A DNA stretch of 64,000 nt, taken from an uncultured Gemmatimonadales bacterium. GTDB taxonomy: Bacteria > Gemmatimonadota > Gemmatimonadetes > Gemmatimonadales > GWC2-71-9. The notes under the pieces are model-generated. The model did no database searches, was not told the origin of the DNA, and was given only the letters and a program-made list of their open reading frames with translations. The stretch lies in contig CAWJIM010000002.1 of NCBI GenBank assembly GCA_963842945.1, positions 288,001 to 352,000 of the forward strand, given 5' to 3'. Of this stretch, positions 24,369-33,817 are shown piece by piece. Every line of letters starts with the position of its first letter. Position 1 is the stretch's first letter. The translations under genes were made by a program, and so were the position numbers.

Positions 24369-25832
24369 CTACACGGCTTCGACTTTGAGGAGGTTCGTCG
24401 TGCCCGGCATGTCGAAGGGAACTCCCGCAGTCACCACCAGCCGCTCCCCGGGCTGCGCCAGCTGGCGGTCCAGGATCTGCTGCCGGGCTGCCTTGAGCAT
24501 TGTGTCGTAGTCGTTGGAGTGCGCGGTGAGCACCGGGGTTACTCCCCAGACCAGCGCGAGCTGCCGAAAGGTCTCTGGCTCCGGCGTGCAGGCGAATACT
24601 GGCACCGTGGGCCGGCAGGTGGCCACCTTTCGGGCCGTGAAACCGCTGCTCGTAAAGCAGACGATCAGCGGGGCTGAGAGCATCTCTGCGGCCGCACAGA
24701 CCGCTACGGCAATGGCATCTTCGGTCCGGATTGGCCCGCCGGGAGCCGACTGGTGGTGCCGGAGCGCTCCCTGCTCGGCTGAGCGCCGGCCCAGCGCCGC
24801 ATCGATGCTGGCTCCCCGTGACTGGCGTTGACTCTCCATCTCACGGGCGATGCGGTCCATAGCCTGTACCGCCTCCAACGGATAATCGCCCACCGCCGTT
24901 TCGGCTGACAGCATCACCGCGTCGGTGCCATCCAGAATGGCGTTCGCTACGTCCGATGTCTCTGCTCGTGTGGGCCGCGGGGCATGCACCATCGACTCGA
25001 GCATCTGCGTGGCGGTAATGACCGGCTTTCCATGCAGGCTCGCCTCGCGAATGATCTGCTTCTGCATCAGGGGCACTTCCTCGAAGGGCAATTCGACGCC
25101 CAGATCGCCCCGGGCCACCATGATCGCATCCGAGCTGTCCAGAATCCCGCACAGGTTGGTGATCGCGGTGTCCTTCTCGATCTTGGCAACCAGCTTTACC
25201 CCGCGGGGCACCAGACTGCGAAGCTGCTCGATGTCCTCCTGGCGTCGCACGAACGAAAGCGCGATGTAATCGACCCCCAGCGAGCCGGCCTGCTGCACAT
25301 CCTCGATGTCCTTTTCGGTCAAGGCCGGGGCGCTCACCTCGATACCCGGAAGGTTCATCCCCTTGTGGGCTTTGAGCTCACCGCCGTAGTGAACCACTGC
25401 CTCCACCCTCTGCTCCTGTACGCCTCTCACCTCCAGCGCTAGAAGTCCATCGTCCAGCAGTATGCGGGCGCCGATCCGCACGTCGCGAGCGAGATCATTG
25501 TAGGTCGTGGGGATCTCGCCAGGCTGGGCGATGTCCTCAGGAGCAAACACTACCTTCTGTCCTGGCTCGAGCCGAGTCGGTTTGGAGAGATCGCCGATCC
25601 GGATGCGGGGGCCTTGCAGGTCGAGCAACACGGCTGCGGCTTCGCGCCTTCCCTGGAGGACTCCGCGTAGCTCGTGGATCCAACGGGCACGCGTCTCCGG
25701 CGTGCCATGCGAGGCGTTGATCCGCACCACGTCTACCCCTGCATCCAGGAGGGAAGTCATCTTCGGCGGGGTGTCCCAGGCGGGGCCAAGCGTAGCAACG
25801 ATCTTGGTTCTACGGAGTGAGGTGCGCGGCAT
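24369..25832 (-). CDS. pyk: Pyruvate kinase
   Basis: RRTKIVATLGP, DLQGP, AKIE, MVARGDLGVE, ATQMLESM, DAVMLSAETA. Confidence 0.97.
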   Translation of the reverse strand: MPRTSLRRTKIVATLGPAWDTPPKMTSLLDAGVDVVRINASHGTPETRARWIHELRGVLQGRREAAAVLLDLQGPRIRIGDLSKPTRLEPGQKVVFAPEDIAQPGEIPTTYNDLARDVRIGARILLDDGLLALEVRGVQEQRVEAVVHYGGELKAHKGMNLPGIEVSAPALTEKDIEDVQQAGSLGVDYIALSFVRRQEDIEQLRSLVPRGVKLVAKIEKDTAITNLCGILDSSDAIMVARGDLGVELPFEEVPLMQKQIIREASLHGKPVITATQMLESMVHAPRPTRAETSDVANAILDGTDAVMLSAETAVGDYPLEAVQAMDRIAREMESQRQSRGASIDAALGRRSAEQGALRHHQSAPGGPIRTEDAIAVAVCAAAEMLSAPLIVCFTSSGFTARKVATCRPTVPVFACTPEPETFRQLALVWGVTPVLTAHSNDYDTMLKAARQQILDRQLAQPGERLVVTAGVPFDMPGTTNLLKVEAV

Positions 25833-25921
25833 GGCAGGAGTCTAATGCACACCAGTCATACCCGCATCACGAGGGCAGCCTTTGGGGTGGTCCGGGGGCC
25901 CTGCAGAGCCATCTCAGCCAA

Positions 25922-25937
25922 TTTCCACATGTGGAAA
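25922..25937. promoter_or_regulatory. Perfect 16-bp palindrome TTTCCACATGTGGAAA upstream of pyk
   Basis: Seen directly; each half resembles a DnaA box (TTWTNCACA). Confidence 0.45.
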
Positions 25938-26265
25938 AGCCCAGGAAGTGAATATCTTATCTGCGTGTAAAACCTCAGAATTTGCTTGATCCGTCGGTCA
26001 CCACCTGGTCTGGATCACGCGTCTAACTTCTTCCAGAGTCGACAATTAGCGCGACAGGTTAAACTAGCAGGTGCGAATGGCGACAGTGTCGTCTCGGCCC
26101 AATTATTTATGCAGACATTCTAATTATGAACACTTTCGACATGGCCTTTTGGCTGGAACCGAAGTAAGGCTGGAAAGAGGTCGGAAAAGGGGCGGCCGCG
26201 GCGAGAGGCGGAAGGCCGGAGAGCGGCGGAGCGAGGGCGAGGGCGAGGGCGCTACTACGATCGGC

Positions 26266-27083
26266 TCATCGCAAAAATTTGAGCTCGCCTGCCCCGCCGC
26301 GGTAAAGCGGGCCGACGAAGCGGATCGGCGACCCCTTCAACCACTTTGTGAGGTCGCCCTTCCCTTGCACGGTGAGGGACCCCACGAGTGACCGGGTCCA
26401 TATCGGACGGCAAGTGAATCGAACCGACCAGGGACCGGTGCGAGTGCCGGGAACGGTCCAGGATTCCTCGATCGGGTGGTCGACTCTGGTACTGTCACCG
26501 GCGGGGCGCCCCCGCCAAATCAGTGAAGTCCGCTCCAGCTTGATCGTGTGTACATCGGTGCCAGTATCGGCGCTGTCAACCACCGATAGGTGAGCTTCCC
26601 GCAACCGCACCCCAGCGGCTTCGGCGGCGCGAATCAGATTGCTCCGAGCCGAGTAGATACCCAACACCGCATCCCGCCGGCTCCCTGACGACCCTTCCTG
26701 GGTCGGCAGCGTCCACACCGCAAGCATCTGCGGGTTTCGTGGGTTCTTTTCCGCCACCCGCCGGGTGCCCACCTGGACCGCATCGGCAAAGTAGAAGCAG
26801 ACGTTGGAGGCAGACCAGCCGGCAAACTCGGGCTGATAGCGGATCAACTCGTGAATGGAGCGATGAAGCTGTGGGATCCTGACTGGCTGGAATCGGGCGG
26901 AAGCCGGACTTGACCTCTTTAGCCGCCGCGCGCGGCTCGACCAGAAAGCGTACGCAATAAGCCTTCTCTCAAACCTTGCAGGCTCCAGGCCTGCGCCTCC
27001 TTTTCCTCGGTGGGATGCTGTGCCCGTAGCACCGCGGGTACACAGCAAGCGACAGCCACGCCAATGGCGAGGGGCTTCAACAT
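26266..27083 (-). CDS. Secreted hypothetical protein; frameshifted
   Basis: RBS GAGG; signal peptide MLKPLAIGVAVACCVPAVLRA-Q; continues into ORF 26266..27048. Confidence 0.6.
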
Positions 27084-27110
27084 ACGTCCTCAGGGGAATT
27101 GAAGGCGCGC

Positions 27111-27704
27111 TCAGGTTCCGCGGGTACTGCTTTTCACTGCTGCGCGCAGCTCGGCGAAGTCGCTGGAATTCAGCGCATTGAAGTTCATGTTCCGAAACTT
27201 GACCCGGCCATCCGGCCCCACGACATACACGGTACGCCGATTATATCCCTCAGGATCCTTGCTGGCATACTGCTTGGATACCCGCTGCTCCGGATCACTC
27301 AGCAGCCGGAACGGAAGGCCCAGACTGGCCGCGAAGCGGTTGTGGGTGGTTACGGAATCCGCGCTGATCCCGACCACAACCACATTGGGCCCGAACAGGC
27401 TGTCGTACTGCTCGGCGAAGGTGCGCATCTGGGCGGTACAGCTCTTGGTGAAGTCGCGCGGGTAGAAAGCAACCACCACGGTCTTACCCCGGTCACTCGC
27501 GAGCTGATAGGGAGATTCCACCGGACCCACCCCGTCCCGATTGGCCCAGGGCAGCGAGAAATCCGGCGCGCGCTGGCCCACGTCCGGTCCACTCTGGAGA
27601 ACGGCCTTGACCGTACCCGGTTGGTTCTGAGCGCGGGCGGCGGGTACCCTGGCCAGGCCGGCCAGGCCGATGAATGCCAGTAAAAGGTGAGAAACGCGCA
27701 TCAT
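27111..27704 (-). CDS. Exported BCP/PrxQ-like peroxiredoxin (single Cys)
   Basis: Signal peptide; APDFSLP, FYPRDFTKSCT (PxxxTxxC), VVGISAD, FRLLSD, RTVYVVGPDG. Confidence 0.85.
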   Translation of the reverse strand: MMRVSHLLLAFIGLAGLARVPAARAQNQPGTVKAVLQSGPDVGQRAPDFSLPWANRDGVGPVESPYQLASDRGKTVVVAFYPRDFTKSCTAQMRTFAEQYDSLFGPNVVVVGISADSVTTHNRFAASLGLPFRLLSDPEQRVSKQYASKDPEGYNRRTVYVVGPDGRVKFRNMNFNALNSSDFAELRAAVKSSTRGT

Positions 27705-27722
27705 TCAATCCTTGCTGAGAGT

Positions 27723-28223
27723 TCAGTCCTGAGTAACCCGGCGTAGGACACCATCCAGGTCCTGAGTGCCGCCGGTGCCGGTGTACGCCACCTTCCCCGC
27801 CCGATCGACCACCACCACGTAGGACGTGGTGGGGACCTTGTAGGCTCGGATGCTGGTGCCTTGATCATCGTAGAGCGTGCGGAAGCCGGGCTGGTGCGAG
27901 TCCACGTACTTGCGAACCCGGTCAGGGGACTGATTGACGGTCACGTTGACCCCGATGAACTCGACTTTCGAGCCATAAGCCGCCTGGGCCGCTCGAACTC
28001 GCGGAAGCAGCTCTTCGCAAAGCTCACACCATGTGGCCCAGAACTCGAGCAGCACGGGCTGTTTTCCGATGTACCGGCCGAGGTCGACTGGCTTTCCCTC
28101 GAGATCGTTCACAATGACCGCCGGCGCCTTGCTCCCCACGGGGATGCCGGACTCCTGAGCAGCGAGCCGGCCCCCGCCCAGAAGGAGCAGCGCAACGGCC
28201 GAGGCCCGCAGGAGAGTCTTCAT
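27723..28223 (-). CDS. TlpA-family exported thioredoxin
   Basis: Signal peptide; EFWATWCELC, YKVPTTSYVVVVDRAG. Confidence 0.88.
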   Translation of the reverse strand: MKTLLRASAVALLLLGGGRLAAQESGIPVGSKAPAVIVNDLEGKPVDLGRYIGKQPVLLEFWATWCELCEELLPRVRAAQAAYGSKVEFIGVNVTVNQSPDRVRKYVDSHQPGFRTLYDDQGTSIRAYKVPTTSYVVVVDRAGKVAYTGTGGTQDLDGVLRRVTQD

Positions 28224-28919
28224 AGTACTGTCCCCGCTCTTACGAAGTAGTATTCCGCCATTCCCAACAGCAATATGCCGCCGACTCGCTTCACGGTCAG
28301 GGTCCACCGGCCCGCCTGGGGCATGGCTGCCAGGACTCCGCTGAATAGTCCGACCGCAACCAGGAGAGCGGTCAGGCCCAGGGAGAATACGAACAGGTAG
28401 AGAAACCCCAACCAGGCGCTTCCGGTGGTACTGACGAATGTAAGAACGGCGGCGAATGCGGGAGCGCCGCAGGGGGCGGCCACCAGCCCCGAGGTGGCGC
28501 CCAGAGCGAACACGCCGGCCACCGAATTGCCGCCGATACGGCCGGCCCAGGCGGCAACCCGAGCTGGGGACGCCGAAGTAAAGACGTCCAACAGGCCCAG
28601 GCCAAACACGAGCAGCAGATTGCCCATGATCAGGAGGGCCCAGGGACTCGAGCTGACACTGCCGAACAGGGTGCCGGAGAGACCCGCCAGCAGCCCGAGC
28701 ACGGAGTACACCAGGGCCAAGCCCAGGACGTACACCAGCGTGAGCGCCAGCGTGCGCCCACGCGAGCGTTCAACTGCACCCGACTCCGCCCAGAATGCCG
28801 GCGGTAATGGGAATCATCGGGTACACGCAGGGGGTAAGACTGGTGGCCAGGCCGGCGACGAACAGGGCGAGACTTGCAGCCAGCGGCTGATCGCGGAGGG
28901 CTGCTTCGAGACCGATCAG
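28220..28919 (-). CDS. ccdA: CcdA/DsbD-beta transmembrane electron transporter; frameshifted
   Basis: [11 protein letters not shown] and AAPCGAP catalytic Cys motifs; multiple TMs. Confidence 0.85.
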
Positions 28920-30150
28920 ACCCGCTCCGCGGCTCCGACGCCGTAGTGGGAGGAGACATACTCCTCGAGAATCTCCAGAAACTCGGCTACGATGTCGTCA
29001 CCGCGCAGCGTCACCAGAAGACGCCCGTCGACGTATACCGGAGCCTTGGGGTCCTCGAAGGTGCCCGGGAGCGAGATCCCGATGTTGGCGTGCTTCGATT
29101 CACCAGGCCCGTTCACCACGCAGCCCATGACCGCGACTTTCATCTCTTCGACGCCGGGATGCTCACTGCGCCACACCGGCATCTTCACCCGCAGATAGTC
29201 CTGAATGTCCTGCGCCATCTGCTGAAAGAAGGTGCTGGTGGTCCGGCCGCAGCCGGGACAGGCGGTGACCTGCGGAGTGAAGCTGCGAAGGCCCAGCGAT
29301 TGAAGAATCTGCTGCGCGATCCGGACCTCTTCGGTGCGGTCCCCTCCGGGCTGCGGGCGTCAGCGACACCCGGATGGTGTCGCCGATTCCTTCCTGCAGG
29401 AGAATGCTGAGTCCCGCGGTGCTGGCAATGATCCCCTTGGCGCCGAGCCCAGCCTCGGTCAATCCGAGATGGAGCGGAAAGTCACATCGGGCAGGCGAGC
29501 ATGCGATACACGTCGACCAGATCTTGCACCCCGGAGACCTTGGCGCTGAGGACGATGCGATCGTGGCCCAGGCCCGTTGCCTCGGCAAGCGCCGCCGACT
29601 GGAGGGCACTCTCCACCATCGCCTCCATGACGACCAACCGGGTATCGCGCGGGGCCGGACCCCGTGCGTTGGCGTCCATCATTGCCGTCAGCAGCGTCTG
29701 GTCGAGGGAGCCCCAATTCACGCCGATCCGGACCGGCTTGTCATACGTCAGCGCAACCTCGATGATGGACCGGAAGTTTTCGTCCCGCCGCTTCCCTCCC
29801 ACGTTTCCCGGATTGATCCGATACTTGGCCAGGGCCCGGGCGCATTCCGGATACTTGGTGAGGAGCTGATGGCCGTTGTAGTGGAAGTCGCCGATGATGG
29901 GAACGCTCAGATCCATCCGCGCCAGCGCGTCGACCACGCCGGGCACCGCCTGCGCCGAAGCCTCATTGTTGACCGTGACTCGAACCAGCTCGCTTCCCGC
30001 CCGCGCCAGCTCGGCAATCTGCCCGGCCGTGGCGGCGACATCGGCGGTGTCGGTGTTGGTCATCGACTGGACCACGATCGGATGAGCGGATCCAATCGAG
30101 ACGCCGCCGACGTTGGTGGTAACGGTGCTCCGGCGAGTGACGAAGGGCAT
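28916..30150 (-). CDS. ispG: HMBPP synthase IspG; frameshifted
   Basis: [59 protein letters not shown]. Confidence 0.95.
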
Positions 30151-30203
30151 AGTGGAAATATAAGACGCTTGCGGTCGGTTCGCGGTCACGCAGAGATTCG
30201 GAC

Positions 30204-31208
30204 ATGCTAGAACGGCACTCCGACCCGCGCCGAGCCGCGATTACCGGCGTTGCGATCTATGTGCCGCAACGAGTACTGACCAACGCGGAGCTGGCGCAGA
30301 GTCTCGATACTTCCGACGAGTGGATCATCACCCGCACCGGTATCCGCGAGCGCCGAATCGGAGCTCCGGGCGAGACGACCTCCACGATGGGAGCCGAAGC
30401 CGTTCGCCGGCTCATGGCCGATCGCAAGCTGGAACCGGGGGACATCGACGCCATCATCGTGGCGACCGTCACCCCCGACATGCTCTTCCCCGCAACTGCC
30501 TGTCTCATCCAGGATCAGCTCGGCCTCACCCGGGCCTGGGGCTTCGATCTTTCGGCCGCCTGTTCCGGCTTCCTCTACGCACTGACGGCCGGGGCGCAGC
30601 TGGTCGCCAGCGGCGCGCATCAGCGGGTCGTTGTAGTCGGCGCGGATCTCATGAGCTCGATCATCGATCCACTGGACCGCACCACGGCGGTCCTCTTCGG
30701 CGACGGAGCAGGTGCGGTGCTGCTGGAACCCGCCGAACCGGCTTTCGGGATCATGGATTTCCATCACCGGGTGGATGGCAGCGGGCGTGACGACCTGCTC
30801 ATGCCGGCCGGCGGGTCGCTGCACCCGCCCAGCGTCGAGACGGTTACCGGGCGCCAGCACTTCCTCAAACAGAACGGCAAGGTGGTGTTCAAGTTTGCCG
30901 TTTCCCAGATGGTGGAGAGCGTGCAGGTAGTCCTGCAGCGCAACGGCCTCACTCCGGCCGATGTGGCGCTCCTGGTTCCTCACCAGGCCAACCAGAGGAT
31001 TCTGGATGCCGTGGGCGAGCGTCTTGGGCTGCCGCCCGAGAGAGTCGCGTCAGTCCTGGCCTGTTATGGCAATACCACGGGCGCGACGCTTCCTCTGGCG
31101 CTGGATGCTGCGGTCAGAAATGGCAAGCTCAAGCGGGGCGACCTGATGGTGTTCGCCGCGGTGGGCGCTGGTTTTACCACCGGAGCAACGCTGGTGCGCT
31201 GGGCCTGA
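30204..31208 (+). CDS. fabH: Beta-ketoacyl-ACP synthase III
   Basis: [32 protein letters not shown]. Confidence 0.93.
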   Translation: MLERHSDPRRAAITGVAIYVPQRVLTNAELAQSLDTSDEWIITRTGIRERRIGAPGETTSTMGAEAVRRLMADRKLEPGDIDAIIVATVTPDMLFPATACLIQDQLGLTRAWGFDLSAACSGFLYALTAGAQLVASGAHQRVVVVGADLMSSIIDPLDRTTAVLFGDGAGAVLLEPAEPAFGIMDFHHRVDGSGRDDLLMPAGGSLHPPSVETVTGRQHFLKQNGKVVFKFAVSQMVESVQVVLQRNGLTPADVALLVPHQANQRILDAVGERLGLPPERVASVLACYGNTTGATLPLALDAAVRNGKLKRGDLMVFAAVGAGFTTGATLVRWA

Positions 31209-32088
31209 TCAGGCCCGGGAGAACTCTGCAGTAGTGATCGCCGAGAGGTCGGCCGCGGAAAGGGTGATGTTGGCCGCAGTGGTGCTGTCGACCGCGTGCT
31301 CCACGGTGCGGGCGCTGGGAATCACGATTACGGCGGGAGACCTGGCCAACACCCAGGCGAGAACCAGCACGTGAGGCGTGACGCCGAGCCGGCTGGCCAT
31401 GGGGCGGAGCACCGGATGCGCCGGTAGCTTGCGGTTAAGTCTCCCGCCCCCAATCGGGCTGTACGCCAGGAAACCGATCCCGTGCTCGGTGCAGTACTGG
31501 ACCACGCCTTCCTCCAGCGCCTCCCGGAAAAACGGATTCAGCCGGTTCTGTACGCGAGGTCACCTCGACCAGGCTCTCGGCCTCCTGGATCTCGGAGACT
31601 GACACGTTGGACAATCCCACCCAGCGGATCTTTCCTTCCCGCTGAAGATCGGCAAGAGCTCCCACGCTGTCGGCCAAGGGGACGGAGCGGTCCGGCGTGT
31701 GAAGCTGATACAGGTCGATCTGGTCCACCCCGAGCGCCTGCAGTGAACGCTCGCAGGCTGCTTTGAGCTGCGCCGGCCGCCCCGCCATAACCCAGCGCCC
31801 GCCCGGCCGCTCCATGCCACCCTTGGTGGCAACGAGCACCTGGTCCTTGTTCCCCCGATAGGTTCGCAGAGCCCGGGCGATCAACTCCTCATTATGGCCG
31901 ATCTCACGATCGTCGAGGCAGTAGACGTCGGCGGTGTCGATCAGCGTCACGCCGGCGTCGAGGGCGGCATGAATCACCCGAACCCCCTGCTCCTCGGGCG
32001 GCCGTTCCTGAATCGACAGGTGCATCCCTCCGTAGCCGACAGCCGAGACTTGAGGAGCGTTGCGACCGAGCTTGCGCCGCGGAATCAC
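31209..32088 (-). CDS. Aldo/keto reductase; frameshifted
   Basis: IDTADVY, VATKGG, SLQALGVDQIDLYQLH, GKIRWVGLSN, AYSP. Confidence 0.9.
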
Positions 32089-32829
32089 TGGACGCCGAGC
32101 GCCGGCAACAGGAATTGAAGGAGCTCGTCCCGCACTTCGAAGTAGATGGCCATGGCGTGCGCCGAACCGGGAATGAGCCGCCCGGTAACGTGAGAGAGTC
32201 CCTCGGCTCCAGCGGTCGACATTACCTCCCCCATCGAATGGATCCTCGCGAGAGGAAGCCAGGAAACACGGAACCCTGGTCTGCTCCAGGTTGGCTCGGA
32301 TCCGATCCGCGGCGTCATCGCTGATGGCAGGTGCGCCGGCGGCACCCACGGTGGCGACGGCCCGGAGGCCGGGGATTCTGCTCAGCGCCAGCAGGACACC
32401 GCTCCCCCCAATGCTGGCACCCACCAACGCCAGCCGACCGGCATCGATGAAGTTCTGGTTGACCCCCCAGGAAGCGACCCTCAGAATGTCGTTGTCTATG
32501 CGGGAGAAGCCTACCTTGCCGGCGCTGCTCATGAACGCCCGGCCGAACGCCTCGAGGGTAAGCCCCTCGGGTGTGTCGATCACCAGCGGGCCCTTCAGCG
32601 AGATGATGGAGGCGCCATGCCCGCGGAGATCGAAGGCCAGGGTGGCCACACCGCTATCGAGCAGATCGGCGATCAGAGGCGCGTAGCTGTCCCGGGTGGC
32701 AGGATACTGGTGGGCCAGCACGGCAAGCGGGAATGCCATGCCTGCGTACTCATCCGGATAGGTTAGAGTGCCCTTCAACACCAGTCCGTCCCCGGCGGGA
32801 ACGGACATCTCCAGTGGTGCCAGGTTCAC
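32085..32829 (-). CDS. Alpha/beta hydrolase; frameshifted
   Basis: AFDLRGHGAS, nucleophile GASIG, C-terminal His (GSAHA). Confidence 0.8.
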
Positions 32830-33098
32830 ACCAGTCCCAACTGCTTGGTGAGCCGCAGCCAATCGGTGGCAGATATGATCCCCTGATCCTTAAGCGGCGT
32901 CAGGGTGCCCAGGATCTCGGCCCGGGACCCGTCGATCCGCCGCTCCCGCAGCTCGGTGATCATCCGGGAAAATCGATGCTCGTATTCATCGGCGGCCAGC
33001 TTGCCCTCCTTCCGCTGGCTGCTGAGTTTCGTGAGCTCTTCCGCTACACGGGCGGGCGTCACCGGTTTGAGTGCGCCACCCTGCTGGTCTGCCGCCAT
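32826..33098 (-). CDS. Small helical hypothetical protein (SHOCT-like segments)
   Basis: RBS GAGAGG; ELTKLSSQRKEGKLAADEYE and LKDQGIISATDW; stop overlaps the next start. Confidence 0.65.
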   Translation of the reverse strand: MAADQQGGALKPVTPARVAEELTKLSSQRKEGKLAADEYEHRFSRMITELRERRIDGSRAEILGTLTPLKDQGIISATDWLRLTKQLGLV

Positions 33099-33143
33099 GG
33101 ATCCCTCTCTTCGAAGCCGTGGTTGATTACTCCTATCCCTGCA

Positions 33144-33725
33144 TTATGGCCCTGCCCGGCGCGCGGCGTCCAGAGTGTTGGTCGGATCCGCTCCGCTCCA
33201 ACTGACGTCGGCAGTGGGACCGTAGGTGGGAGGTACCCGGTCTTCCAGCAAGCGGAGGCAGATGCCCACCTGGGCACGATGGTGAGCCGTGTGCAGCACC
33301 CGCCGCCAGAAAACCCAGATCCGCTGCCGGGTCACCTCGAAGAACGGAACCTCGCCCAGCCAGAATTTCTCATCGGCGCGGGCGAGGCCCGGAAGCCGAG
33401 CGCGGGCCAGCGCCACGACTCGCTCCACGTAAGCCTGAACCGGAGGGCGATCCCCTGAGGGGAGCAGCGACTCGACTGGAGGCTCCTCCAAGCCGATGAA
33501 CTCCGCGAAGAACCTGCGTTCGGAAAGGATCTGGTGGGTTAGGATCTGCCGGATCGAGCTGCTCCGGGCATGGGGACGAAACTCGAGCTGGTCGTCCCTC
33601 AATTCGCTCCAGACCGACCCAAGCTTGTTGGTCTCTGAGACGTAGGTGTCCGGCAAATGCTGCAGCAGCGGATTTACGGCCCGGGGGACATCGACCGAGG
33701 CAATGAATTCACGAGCGTACTCCAT
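33144..33725 (-). CDS. DinB/YfiT-family protein
   Basis: FRPHARSSSIRQILTH, HTAHHRAQ, VPPTYGPTAD; RBS GAGGAG. Confidence 0.85.
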   Translation of the reverse strand: MEYAREFIASVDVPRAVNPLLQHLPDTYVSETNKLGSVWSELRDDQLEFRPHARSSSIRQILTHQILSERRFFAEFIGLEEPPVESLLPSGDRPPVQAYVERVVALARARLPGLARADEKFWLGEVPFFEVTRQRIWVFWRRVLHTAHHRAQVGICLRLLEDRVPPTYGPTADVSWSGADPTNTLDAARRAGP

Positions 33726-33750
33726 GGCCGCTCCTCCTCAGACAAGCCAA

Positions 33751-33778
33751 CGCCCGCCGGCCTTTCGGCCGACGGGCG
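33751..33778 (-). terminator. GC-rich hairpin after nrdJ (GAAA loop)
   Basis: CGCCCGUCGGCC-GAAA-GGCCGGCGGGCG; weak U tail. Confidence 0.55.
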
Positions 33779-33817
33779 CTGTCGTGTCACGGCTTGGCTA
33801 CTTGTGGATGACCACGA

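Noticed and set aside
25922..26135. parS, dif or oriC
   Set aside because: The palindrome differs from TGTTTCACGTGAAACA. The TTATG motifs are direct rather than XerC/XerD inverted arms. Only two DnaA-like boxes and no dnaA or dnaN nearby.
26071..26391. 106-aa plus-strand ORF
   Set aside because: Low-complexity product from a purine tract, overlapping the opposite-strand gene, with atypical codon use.
31435..32862. Hydrolase-AKR fusion ORF
   Set aside because: The hydrolase C-terminus and stop lie in another frame with a GTGA overlap at 32085; indel artefact.
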